DNA of 64,000 bases from Oopsacas minuta (lineage: Eukaryota > Animalia > Porifera). Numbering within the stretch: position 1 is the stretch's first letter; the number at the start of each line of letters is the position of its first letter. A program made the translations under genes and the position numbers. The notes below the pieces were generated by a model that saw only the letters and a list, made by a program, of their open reading frames with translations, did no database searches and had not been told where the DNA came from. Location of the stretch: NCBI GenBank assembly GCA_024704765.1, contig JAKMXF010000329.1, forward strand, positions 243,450 to 307,449, read 5' to 3'. This document shows, in pieces, positions 24,530 to 35,682 of this stretch.

Positions 24530-27321
24530 CATGGGGTTGTCATAATCACCCCCAAATAACCGTTAAAAGCCCAGTTTTTTCACGCTGATTACGAATCTGC
24601 TTTCAGAACAGTATTAAGTCCTCTAGAATATTTGTTATAATAGTTCTCAATTTTCGATCTGTGAATTTTCTACGTCAGGTCCTAACTCATTCGTTCTTTA
24701 GCTTTTCTAGTACTTTAGTAACCGAACACATTACTGTTTATTGAATTATATATTGTACGATGGAAGGTATTGATATAGCACATATAGTGCTCGAAAGAGC
24801 TTTTGATAACATCCCAAACAGAAAAAATTCTTATATGTATTCACAAAACTTGAAATTGTCTGTCGGAAAAAATCATATTGAACGTAGATAGACTCCGCTT
24901 AAATGAGCCATCGTTTAACCTTGGGCCACTTGATCATGAACAGAACCATCTCCATGGTTGTAAATTCCTCTACATAATTTAAGCGGATAACTGCTAAATT
25001 CTTATTGACTATGTAGTTTGAAGTGTTTGTTTATGCGTATTCCACTAACAATTCATATCAAGGCTAAGAAAAATATACTAGAAATTGGTAAATTCATATA
25101 CTATCCGAAACCTTAGGATTTCTGTTCCTTTATGTACACATTTTTTTGGGTCTTGGGGTTGGTTTGGAACAATTTTCATGAATGTGACGAATTAGTTACT
25201 CTTGGTATGCTACAAAGTAATTGATCTACAGTTAGACCAGATACGAACCACTAATACCATGGGCTATCCCAGCTAATTTAGAACGCCATGACTCGACTCT
25301 ACGGTTTCTGCCGACAGGGACAATATGCCGTCAAAATGTACCAAATATCTACGAAATCTGAGAGATTCTGACAGATAATATGTAATATCAATTTTGGCTG
25401 AAAATCGTAATTATCATTAAGAATAGCAAGCTTTCCAATCACGTCTCTTACATGCAAGGGCCAATTCTCGTCAGGTCCTCTACAAGCAGTAGATCCTTGA
25501 TTTCTGCCCACAATGAGAGAACTTCAGGGAGACAAATATTGATGCCTGCTCTGAGCCGTGGAGCGTTCACGCTCCTGCCATGTCGAGCTAAATAAGTCAC
25601 ATCTTTCCTAGTAAGGATAAAACATTTGTTTTCTTTAATATGGAACTACCTATGGGCTTGCATAGGTAAAATTTACATGTAGTTGCAACGAATGATTCGA
25701 AATCGTCATTAGAAATATGAGTGGATCAGTAACTTGTCTACACAAACATCTTCCACAGAGGAGTAGAGGCATAGTTAGTAATTTCACTGGGTTGGTAATA
25801 TTAAAAGAGGGGGAATTTCTGGCCTTTTAAATGCTCATCTTTTTTGACCAGTTGAGGTGGTCCATTGCTAGTGTACCCATTCTAGGTACTTCTTTATATG
25901 AAGGTTATACCTAGGCAGCCATCATTTGAAAATAATTTCTCGATCTTTCACAATATCATGCAGATTAGATAACATTTCAGAAATTGAGCCTCGAGATTTT
26001 TTAGCTGAGGTTATAATTTCACCTTCTCAAATTTGTTCATATTAAGAATCTTCATTCCCAATGAATTCAATTACAATGAAATAGTCACGTAATCACTATT
26101 ATCATTCCGTATTGATCTTTGGCTAGGGAAATTGGCAATTGTGGAAAATTCTTGAATGAGGAAGTCAATTAAACTAATAACTTTCCGATTGCTCACTATG
26201 GAATGAAATTATAATTGACGTCGAAATCTGTTCTTATTTCCAATTTTACAGGAGTGGTTGTTTGAACAAGAGCAAATTTTCTAAGTGGGCCCCACTTCTC
26301 CTCAGATCAGTTGTCCTACTGTATTTAACAATCCAAAATGTTGGTATTGTTCTAACGCACAACCTTAAAACGTGGAAGAAAGATACACCAACCTAAAGGA
26401 AGAAGTTGGCCAAAGAATAAAGTTGTGAGCTCATGGTCTTCAGTTCTAAACTGAAGCAATAGGTAAATCTATAATTGACAGCTTAATCGCCTCTAAATAT
26501 AACAGCAATTGACAACTAATAATGAAGCATTCAAAGGTTTATCAACCGAAGAACCCATCACAATTATTAAATATGTGTCACATGACCAAGTTTGTGATGA
26601 ACAACTTGCTGGGAAAATTCTGTCTGCTAAGTTTCGTCGCCAGAAAAGTCGTTTAAAGTACTTGAGCGAATCATCCAACATTTGTGGTTCCTCCACTCAA
26701 CACTTCTAAACTCGTTGTGGGTGTATGTTTAACTTTTTGTAACCATGACTTTCCTAATTTGCTAACATTGATCGAACAAGAGGAGCATAGTTTAATAGGT
26801 ATTCCAACAAGACTGAGTATATATCCCAATCCAAGGTATTTCGTGGAACTAACAATAATCATCAATTCATCTCAAACCAAATGGAAAATTAGTACTGCAA
26901 CAATAACAAAACTGATTAATCTTACAAGCCATGAATTCCAAGAGATCAGTTAAAAGGCTTTATAAAATTGTGGAAATAATTATGAGTAGATAAAAAACAC
27001 TGGTAACGAGGAAATATATAGGCAAAAAAAAACTAAGCAAGGACATCAAAATATGATCTATGAAGAAAAACTAATGCGAAGATAAGATAAAGTGTATAAT
27101 TAGGAGATATATGTAGGTTTTGTTACAAAAATTATTTGTTACTCATAGAGCCTGGCGTAGTAAGTTCACAATTTGTCGTTTTGAAATATTCCAAATCGAA
27201 AATAAAAAATAATATAACAATTTTTCCAGAGTAGTAAATACTGTTCTTAATTCGTAATCAGCGAGAAAAATCGGGCTAACAGTATTTGTGGATAATTTAG
27301 GGTGATTGTGACACCCTCGTG
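24530..27321. mobile_element. Old TIR-bounded element of unknown superfamily
   Basis: ~160-180-bp diverged inverted repeats (24530-24682 and 27148-27321) sharing GGG.TGTCA.AATCACCC and TTTTT..CGCTGATTACGAAT; CGTACG on both flanks; no transposase recognised inside. Confidence 0.55.
24769..24940 (+). mobile_element. Possible highly degraded LINE reverse-transcriptase fragment
   Basis: IDIAHIVLERAFDNIPNRK resembles the D...D..KAFD.VPH motif, with a downstream LGPL; weak. Confidence 0.3.
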
Positions 27322-29439
27322 CGTACGTCCGCGCGGTCATGCGAAATCAAACAGTCCGATTAACATGAAAATTGGTACGTAAACATAATAAACATCTTAG
27401 GTCGGGGAATTGCAAGTCTGATGTGAATCTTTTCTAAAGTGAAATTTTCAAACCATTTTGGTTATTAATCACATTTTCACACCTTTCCATGAAAATTCAA
27501 ATGCATGTTAAATGTTAGGTTTCAAAATGTTGTCATGGATATTTGGGTGGGTAGAGTCCGATTCTGAGATTTGCAGACTCTGAGTTCCAAATTTACGGAT
27601 TTATCATATGATTAATCATTTTTTATACCTTGGAATATAATTCAAAATTATGCATGAATATATTATTATATATCTGTCGGCATTATTTAATAAAGTCTTA
27701 AGAATCTACCAATTTCCATATATATATTCTTATGAATCTTTCAATTATTCATTTGATACGTTACAAACTAGCGAGATAATTATAATGAACCGTCCGCTCG
27801 CATGCCTAGATGTACATTATGTGGATCTGGACAAGTTCTCATTAACAGTAGCCGAATCTACTTTATTAAATCTCAATTGGTGTGTGTTTGTCAGTTGTCA
27901 GGAACAGGATTTATGGCATGCTATTCCATGATATCCCATAGCTCTATACAGCTGTTCTCTATAAGGAATTCGGACCCGCCTCCCAGGATACTTTGCATTT
28001 TGAGTGACTCCCGCGAATTTAGATGGCATACCTTACGAAATTATGAAGTCTGTCTATAGATAATGCCCTCGTATTATCTTCTAGTCCAGATTCCTTGCTA
28101 CTCGTAAATTAGCGGCAACACTGACTTTATCTTTATGGTGTTAATCAAGAATGTAAATAGAATTCAATTTAGGCTGTGACTAAAGTGTCAGTAGTGGTAC
28201 GGAACTTTATCATCTTGAACTGCTCAAGCAGGTTGGATGTAGTTCTAGGTCAATTTTAAGGAATGCTTCAAAAGTTTTTGGAGCAGGTTATGGACTTTGC
28301 CGGTACCTACACTCTCAAAATAATCTCTAAAGTGACGTTTCCGGGACGGTAATGAGACAAAATCGGGTTACAGTAGCCGGTGCTCTAGCCACAGCCATAT
28401 CAGTCTTACTGTAAAGTTAACCAGTAGCGAGTAAACTTTGCGGTAACACTTCTGGTACAAGGCAATAATACTGGACGATTCATCTATAGATAAACTTATT
28501 TCAAAATTTCGTGAGGTGTACCCTCTCAATTCTGTGGGAGGCACTCAAATGTAAAATTACCTAGGAGTTTGGTCACACTAACTTAGACAGAGCAATGCAT
28601 AGAACTAAGGGGCATCTGGGAATAAAATATCATAAATCCAGTTCTTGAAAACGGACAAACTGAACAAAAAAAACAAACAAAGAAGGGGCGAAGAACAATA
28701 AACTGGGTAAGAAGGAATATTAGTGAATGTATAATGAAATTGCAAAAAACTTATCCACAAATACACATAATAGGTAAAAGCATGGGTGAAACTGTTTTCG
28801 TGAGCTATACCTCCATAAATAGGAAGAAATCCCTACTCGGTTGCTATGTACAAAAGTCCCAGCAACTTGGGTTACTAGAGATGAATCAGCAACCTGGGTT
28901 GTTAGAATATTAGTATATAGCAACCTAAGTTGCAGGTTTGACAAGCCCATTGATATTCTAGGAATAGGGAATATTAGGGATTGTATCTGGTAGACATCTA
29001 ATGAAATCATAGTACAGATAATTCGGTCAAAATTTATTCTTTGAAATCGCGTAAGGTGATCTCATAGAAATTTCAAAGAATTCTGATATTTTACAAAATT
29101 ATGGATAGAATCAGTAATCAAAAAGGGTCCATGTAGGTTTACAAGCACAGTCCACTTCAGAAAAATTTCGCTCAGCCTGAAAAATATGGTCGCGATCCTT
29201 ACAAATGATTCTCAGAATCCGGGACTCCTATTCAAAATTTACAGGGCACTTTCGGATAATATTATCTTAAATTCTTGCCTTTCGTGTTTGATTTGAATAT
29301 TTTCATATCGTAAATCGTTATGCTTCTCAAACAGACTCACTCTTTCAGCCGACGGATTGTCTGTAATCAGCAAACTCGATAAGGATGGTCCACATCGAGA
29401 AGATGGTCGTGGATATTCTCAGATTGGACAGAAATATTG

Positions 29440-29875
29440 AGAGCAAGAACAGTTTCACCGTCAATGGCCAATGCTCATGCTTATGGTTTTGGAGGAGACA
29501 AAGAGAATAGGAAGTAGAATTTTCAGGGTTGGTCTGCAGGGTGAAGGATCGTCACGGGATCAAGAGAAATATGATGAGTGGTGAGGCCCCAGCTGGAGGA
29601 AATCACCCAATAATAAGGGAAGCGGACATCTTCAATTGTGAAGAAACAGGTATGCATTGGCTAGTCGTCTTCAAGGTCTCTTCAATCTTGGAGATTCTGC
29701 AAACGATGGTGAGGTCGATAAGAAGAGTCTGACACATTTCATTTGCTCTTCTTGGATGGGCGAGAAAATCAAACTTCTGTGTATTTGAAAGAGCGATAAT
29801 CTCCTGCGTGCTCAAACGAGTGTCAAGCAGAAGCTCCGGATTCCATTTCATCGTCAGAAGAAGGCTAGAATGAGC
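29440..29875 (+). pseudogene. pogo/Tigger (CENP-B-like) transposase remnant
   Basis: KDRHGIKRNMMSGEA, DIFNCEETGMHW, KKSLTHFICSSWMGEKIKLLCI*KSDN...IPFHRQKKARM across frameshifts. Confidence 0.75.
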
Positions 29876-30134
29876 ACACTCTATTCAATAGAAATTCAAC
29901 TGCCAAATGTAGGTCCAAAAACAACTGCTTTTGCTAAGTTAATAAATGTTAAGTTCATACCTGGATCGAGAAGGATAAGATGAAGGCTACATGTTCTTCC
30001 TTACCAATAATACCTCTGCTACTAAGCTAATGGACCAGACAATATTCAGACAATCACGCTTAACTACTGCAACCAGCTAAATACCTATCCTGCACTGGCT
30101 AAAGTATGACACGGATAGCAAATTCATTAAGGAT

Positions 30135-30873
30135 AAATATGTATTTTTCAAATACCCTTGCGATATTTCAGCATTCCTGGATTTAGGTAATTCAATGGCA
30201 TCTATCAGTATTCATATGCATCATGTGATTAATTTTAACTCGTCTGCAAAACAAATGAATATTAATTCTTTCATTCTCAAGCATTTTACCAGTCTATTGT
30301 TATCCATATTTCAGCTCCTTGAAATACATTTAAGTTACCGATCTTACAATTCAAATAATTGCGTGTTGAATTGTCGACAATTACGTATAGTATTCTTTCT
30401 CAGTTTCATTTTCAATAATTTCTAGGCCCGCCAAAAGGTGCCCACGTATACTTCTCTTGACATTGAGTGTATGGGGCACACAATTCGGATGATGAATTGT
30501 ATGTTTAGAAATTTGAATTTTCGTTGTATAACATTTTATCATTACTGTATTTCTAATTCATTAGTATTATTATGTGAAGTATCCAATGCAGAATTGAATT
30601 CAGTATACGCCATGTTATTCAAGTTTGTCAATAAATAGGACTGATTGATATAAATCGCTCAAAAATTTAGAACTCAATTATTCTTGTACCCTAATTATTA
30701 ATTAAATCAAAATACAACAGATTACGTCATAGTCCCATTTCCAGGGGTGCAACTGAAAATCTGGCGCTATTTTTTAATTCTACAAAGTCTATATACTATA
30801 TATGACAACATTTTAACGTATATCTTCCATGTAAGTACCTATTACCCCATAGTCGCCATTTTGCCAAACTGTG
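30135..30873 (-). mobile_element. Truncated Transib-like non-autonomous element (inverted copy of 33387-34124)
   Basis: Terminus reads CACAGTTTGGCAAAATGGCG leftwards from 30873; 30147-30846 is the reverse complement of 33413-34112. Confidence 0.65.
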
Positions 30874-31589
30874 AAGTAATGTTTAGATCGTCAGAGCGTT
30901 GTGATCAAATATCCGACCATCTCTAAGTGTTTCTCTAGTGCGGATTCATAAAGTGAGTACAAGGACTGCTGAAGTTAGTGAACAAATAGTACAGATCGAT
31001 CCCGATTAAGTGATGCTGTAGGAACAGGAGATGGGAATAGATTATATTTTCCCTCCAGTAGTAACACTAGAGCAACCAACTAACCAGTAGATGAAGACGG
31101 CCATCCTCCCCTACCTATCCCTCTCTCCAAAGTATATGCCATCCAGAGGCATTCAATCTCACACTCTGGTACGCGGAGACGAGCATGTTATTTTGGGGCC
31201 TATCAACCCAACAAAAAACTGGTTTCCAGGAGGGAATCGCTGAATATGTAATCACATAGCTTATATAGTGGGGTAAATTGGCAAATTAGGAGAAATAGGT
31301 ATTTATAATTGAAAACACTACAAAATATATTAGTGACAAATTGTATTTAAACACAAGTGGTGAAATTATGACATCATCATGAAATCGCTCATGTTGCTTG
31401 TGTTTTCATAAATAAGATGGCTCAACAAATCCAAAAAACCAACTGAAAATAAGTAGATAACTGTGAAGAGGAGATGCTGAGAAAAAAATCTTGGTTAGAT
31501 GTAGAGTAAATCGTTAAGTTGTACCTTGCATCAGTTGTTAAAGAGGAAAATTCAAATTCAAAAAATACTTCAGCCCTTGTTCGTTAATC

Positions 31590-32060
31590 GAATAATCGAA
31601 ATTCGATGGATTGGAAATTTTTCTCTAGTGAAATTTTAATCTATCAATCGCTTATTTGTTAAAGTATATAGCTGACAATCAGCATGCACAGCTCCCGAGA
31701 GGAATTTCGACATTTGCTATCCAACAAGCATCGGCATATATTCACATTAACATGCCTTTGCGGGAGTTCTAAATCAAGAATGACTAACAGTTTGCTGCCC
31801 TAGTGAATACAATTCACCACAAGGACAGTATATTTACTCTATTCTCTTCCAAAGTTAACAGAGCTACAGGCCTGATTGAGTACGGAGAATTTGGGGTAGG
31901 ATTTGCATAATTTTCTAAACCAGGACAGTAAAGAGGTAATGGAGATAACTCTAAATCCAATAAGAGGAACTCTTCGTACTGGTGCACAGATTTGGAGCCA
32001 TTTGATTATAGATCCGAAAACATCTTGAGCTACCAGTTCCATCAGGAATTGTCAGCATAT
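31590..32060 (-). pseudogene. Transib/RAG1-core-like transposase remnant
   Basis: Collinear motifs across frameshifts: PDGTGS...IYNQ; LYCPGLENYANPTPNSPYSIRPVALLTLEEN; CLLDSK(M)SKFLSGAVHADCQL; FPIHR. Confidence 0.6.
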
Positions 32061-33386
32061 ATTTATAGATAGTATACTATGTGAAAAGTTCAGATAGCAA
32101 CAGTAATATTTTTAGGTCTTCTAGTCTTCTAATGAATAAATATTTTAATGATATCATAGAATTTCGTAATATTCATCAAATTGGTTTAAAAATCCTCATG
32201 ATTTCATTCCCTATTTCACCACACTAAACCACTGTGTTAAGCCATTGTAGTAAGTGTAAAATTGGATTCCCAGGTTATCCTGGATAATGTTAGTTCGCAA
32301 GCGACATTCCACTAAGCAGGAAACTTACCTCCCGAATTCTAGAATAACCCGGATGATATCATAAAACACTTATGCACGAGAGGGATTATATTCAGGAGGA
32401 TAAACTGTGATTGAACTGACACAAATCTCAGGAAATCGAATTTATGTACTGTTACTTAGGGCTGGAAGAGATGACGTGTGTAATTATGCAGTGAATGCAG
32501 GTAAAGTGCTTTCACAGATGTAGCGCGTGGGATGTGAAGCTAGAGCCCGACCCGCATCAGATTTAAAGTCGCCTGCTGTGGATATATAATTCTTGGGGGT
32601 TAATCAGCACAAACTAGAACGTAATAACACGCTCGGCGCAGAGGTCTAAAACATATTGAAGAATAAGGAAAAATATGTGCCATTGGCAGATCCCTTATAG
32701 AATATACTATTTATTAATTAAAATATGGACTATTAATCATAGGTATCATAATTCCCTAATCATTGGCTATATGAATAATGGAATTCAACCATTTCTATTA
32801 ATTCGATTTAGTGATTTGACCTAACATCACCTAATAATGCATCCTATACATTAACCATAAGCGTAGCCTGGACTGAAGCTCTGCTTAGGTTTGGCAATCG
32901 GAAAAGTATTTTCTGGTATATGACCACTCTTATGACCCTCTTCAGATAAGATAATAAATGACGTAGGAGTCAAATAAGTTCTTAAAGTGGCTATCTCCGG
33001 AAAAAACACTTGTCAGATAGCGTCAAAATATTACCAAGATATAAGTCAAATATCTTAATGATCACTGATATTCTGAGGTGGAGCCAAAAATAGACTTTTG
33101 GTAGTTATGACTGGCAGATATAAAATTGGAAAACATTCAAAGATATTTATCATATTCCAAGGTCCAAAAAACAAAAACTGTTGCTCAGGATGCCCTCTTA
33201 TAGGGAAAATGGATGTGGAAGGATCAGCAACTCTGCTAGTTCAACACACGGGTGTAGAATATCTACCGGAGCTACAAATTATGCGATGCACTTCAGCGAT
33301 CACGCTTACTAATTCAAAAATGTAAAAAGGATAATAGAAATATTATTAAGTCCCGAATGGCACTATTGCAATAAGGTACAACATAC

Positions 33387-34316
33387 CACTGTGTGGCAAA
33401 TAGCGATTATGAGGTAATAGGTACTTACATGGAAGATATACGTTAAAATGTTGTCATATATAGTATATAGACTTTGTAGAATTAAAAAATAGCGCCAGAT
33501 TTTCAGTTGCACCCCTGGAAATGGGACTATGACGTAATCTGTTGTATTTTGATTTAATTAATAATTAGGGTACAAGAATAATTGAGTTCTAAATTTTTGA
33601 GCGATTTATATCAATCAGTCCTATTTATTGACAAACTTGAATAACATGGCGTATACTGAATTCAATTCTGCATTGGATACTTCACATAATAATACTAATG
33701 AATTAGAAATACAGTAATGATAAAATGTTATACAACGAAAATTCAAATTTCTAAACATACAATTCATCATCCGAATTGTGTGCCCCATACACTCAATGTC
33801 AAGAGAAGTATACGTGGGCACCTTTTGGCGGGCCTAGAAATTATTGAAAATGAAACTGAGAAAGAATACTATACGTAATTGTCGACAATTCAACACGCAA
33901 TTATTTGAATTGTAAGATCGGTAACTTAAATGTATTTCAAGGAGCTGAAATATGGATAACAATAGACTGGTAAAATGCTTGAGAATGAAAGAATTAATAT
34001 TCATTTGTTTTGCAGACGAGTTAAAATTAATCACATGATGCATATGAATACTGATAGATGCCATTGAATTACCTAAATCCAGGAATGCTGAAATATCGCA
34101 AGGGTATTTGAAGAATAAATATTTGTTGTTTTCAGGTTTTCAAATTTAAATTTTTAGCCTAAGTTTGAGACTTTGGTTAGACATGGTATAAATATGCTTA
34201 GTAACTAATAATAGCATATTCCCAGCTTTGAAATAGCGTAAAATCGAATACGCATACTAATTTTGTTAAATAGCGAAGTCAAATTTTCACAAATTACCGC
34301 ATAATTCCACACTGTG
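33387..34316 (+). mobile_element. Transib-like non-autonomous element (~930 bp)
   Basis: Termini CACTGTGTGG (33387) and CCACACTGTG (34316, reads CACAGTGTGG inward); 5-bp flanks CATAC / AATAC (4 of 5 match). Confidence 0.7.
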
Positions 34317-34499
34317 AATACTCTGCTCCAAAATTCAAGCGTTGTCACAAATCAACCTACACTATCGTGAGATTTGGGATAACAAAATGAAACTAGGACA
34401 ATCCATAAATTAAGCTAAATAGCAAATGCAGCTGTCAGGTAATGAAATGACAGTTCATTAATACATAAATAAGAAAAGTGGGATGGTCAGGGAGGGGTT

Positions 34500-34720
34500 A
34501 AAATTCCTGTTTCCAGTGTAGCTCCTATAGAGAGATGCGGTAATGGCATGGAGGATGTGCGACGTCCGTTGGTCCGTCCGACCGTCAGGACGCCATGCGG
34601 AGTCTAGAAGTCCGATTAACATAAGAATTGGAACAAATGTACATTTGTGTCGGAATTTGCGCATCAGGTATGAATTTTTCTGAAGTGAATATTTCACAAC
34701 ATTCAATGAAAAACTAAAAA
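34500..34720 (+). repeat. Short interspersed repeat, Helentron/DINE-1-like (tentative)
   Basis: GGTAATGGCATGGA, GTCC microsatellite-like core, AGTCCGATTAACAT.A.AATTGG; a second copy is split between 24488-24529 and 27322-27450. Confidence 0.45.
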
Positions 34721-35682
34721 GCATGCTAGAGACTAAGTTTCAAGACGCTGTTAGAAGTAAATAGGTGCGTAGTGACTAACCAAGTAGAGGGTGTAAAAAA
34801 TTGATGCACTATCAAATTTGTAATAAATAATCCTTGCTCTAGGCAATGCCTATGGTAACTTCTGCCCTGGGGGATGCTCAGAGTAGACATGCCCGATGCA
34901 GTGGCAGGCGCAATGTACCCCAGCAGGATGATCAAAAACAGCATAGAAAGATATAGTATATATATTCCTCTCAGACAAGTTTGAATCTTTCGAGAAAATG
35001 CATGGTAAATCCTCGATATTAATATTATTATTTAAACATATGGTAAGGGTAGAATGTCATTGCCTCATTAAGTAAGATGTCATTTATATACGCCGCCAAC
35101 TATAGTAAAGTCGCCCGTGATTGGTCATCCGCATCAATTTAAAGGAAAGTAACCACATAGAACAGCGAGGAATTACTGTGATTAGGGCATCCTGGATTTT
35201 AACGAAAGTTCAACCTACGATAAAAGGCTGCCAATATGTGAAATATCATAAAATGTATTTGTCCGAAGTAGAATTGATACATTTATGATATTTTCAAAAG
35301 TTTTGAACAATTATGGTATTTTGAAAATTTTTAACACTTTCTAAAACTTGTAAAACATGTATACCCTGTAAGGATTGCGGATTAGCGAAGGTTTACTTTA
35401 TTCATTAGTGGTTAGAAAATTGAGTTACGAAATTGGCAACATTGGCGCTCAAAGTTCTAGCTCATAAGTGATCAATCTACAAATAGATAGCATGACGTAT
35501 CGGTAAGAAACGCCAATAAAACTGCATATTGAAACTTGACGAATTGTAAAACTAGAACAATCAAAATTTAAAGTGAACCTTCATTGCTCAATCAGAAAAG
35601 GGAAATTTACGTACTCCCGTCTTGAAATAATATGTTAGAAATAATTATCTGGAAGATTTAAAGTACACAAGCGAAACATCAA

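Noticed and set aside
30195-30638. Duplicated protein-coding genes (ORFs 30195-30425 and 30438-30638, twins at 33621-34064)
   Set aside because: Low-information ORFs that are identical only because they sit in the inverted repeat; no recognisable domain.
33170-33380. Ankyrin-repeat pseudogene
   Set aside because: Only a vague resemblance that needs several frameshifts; not supportable.
33387-34316. True V(D)J-type recombination signal sequences
   Set aside because: The heptamer CACAGTG is present, but no ACAAAAACC-like nonamer lies at 12- or 23-bp spacing; Transib-type TIRs explain it.
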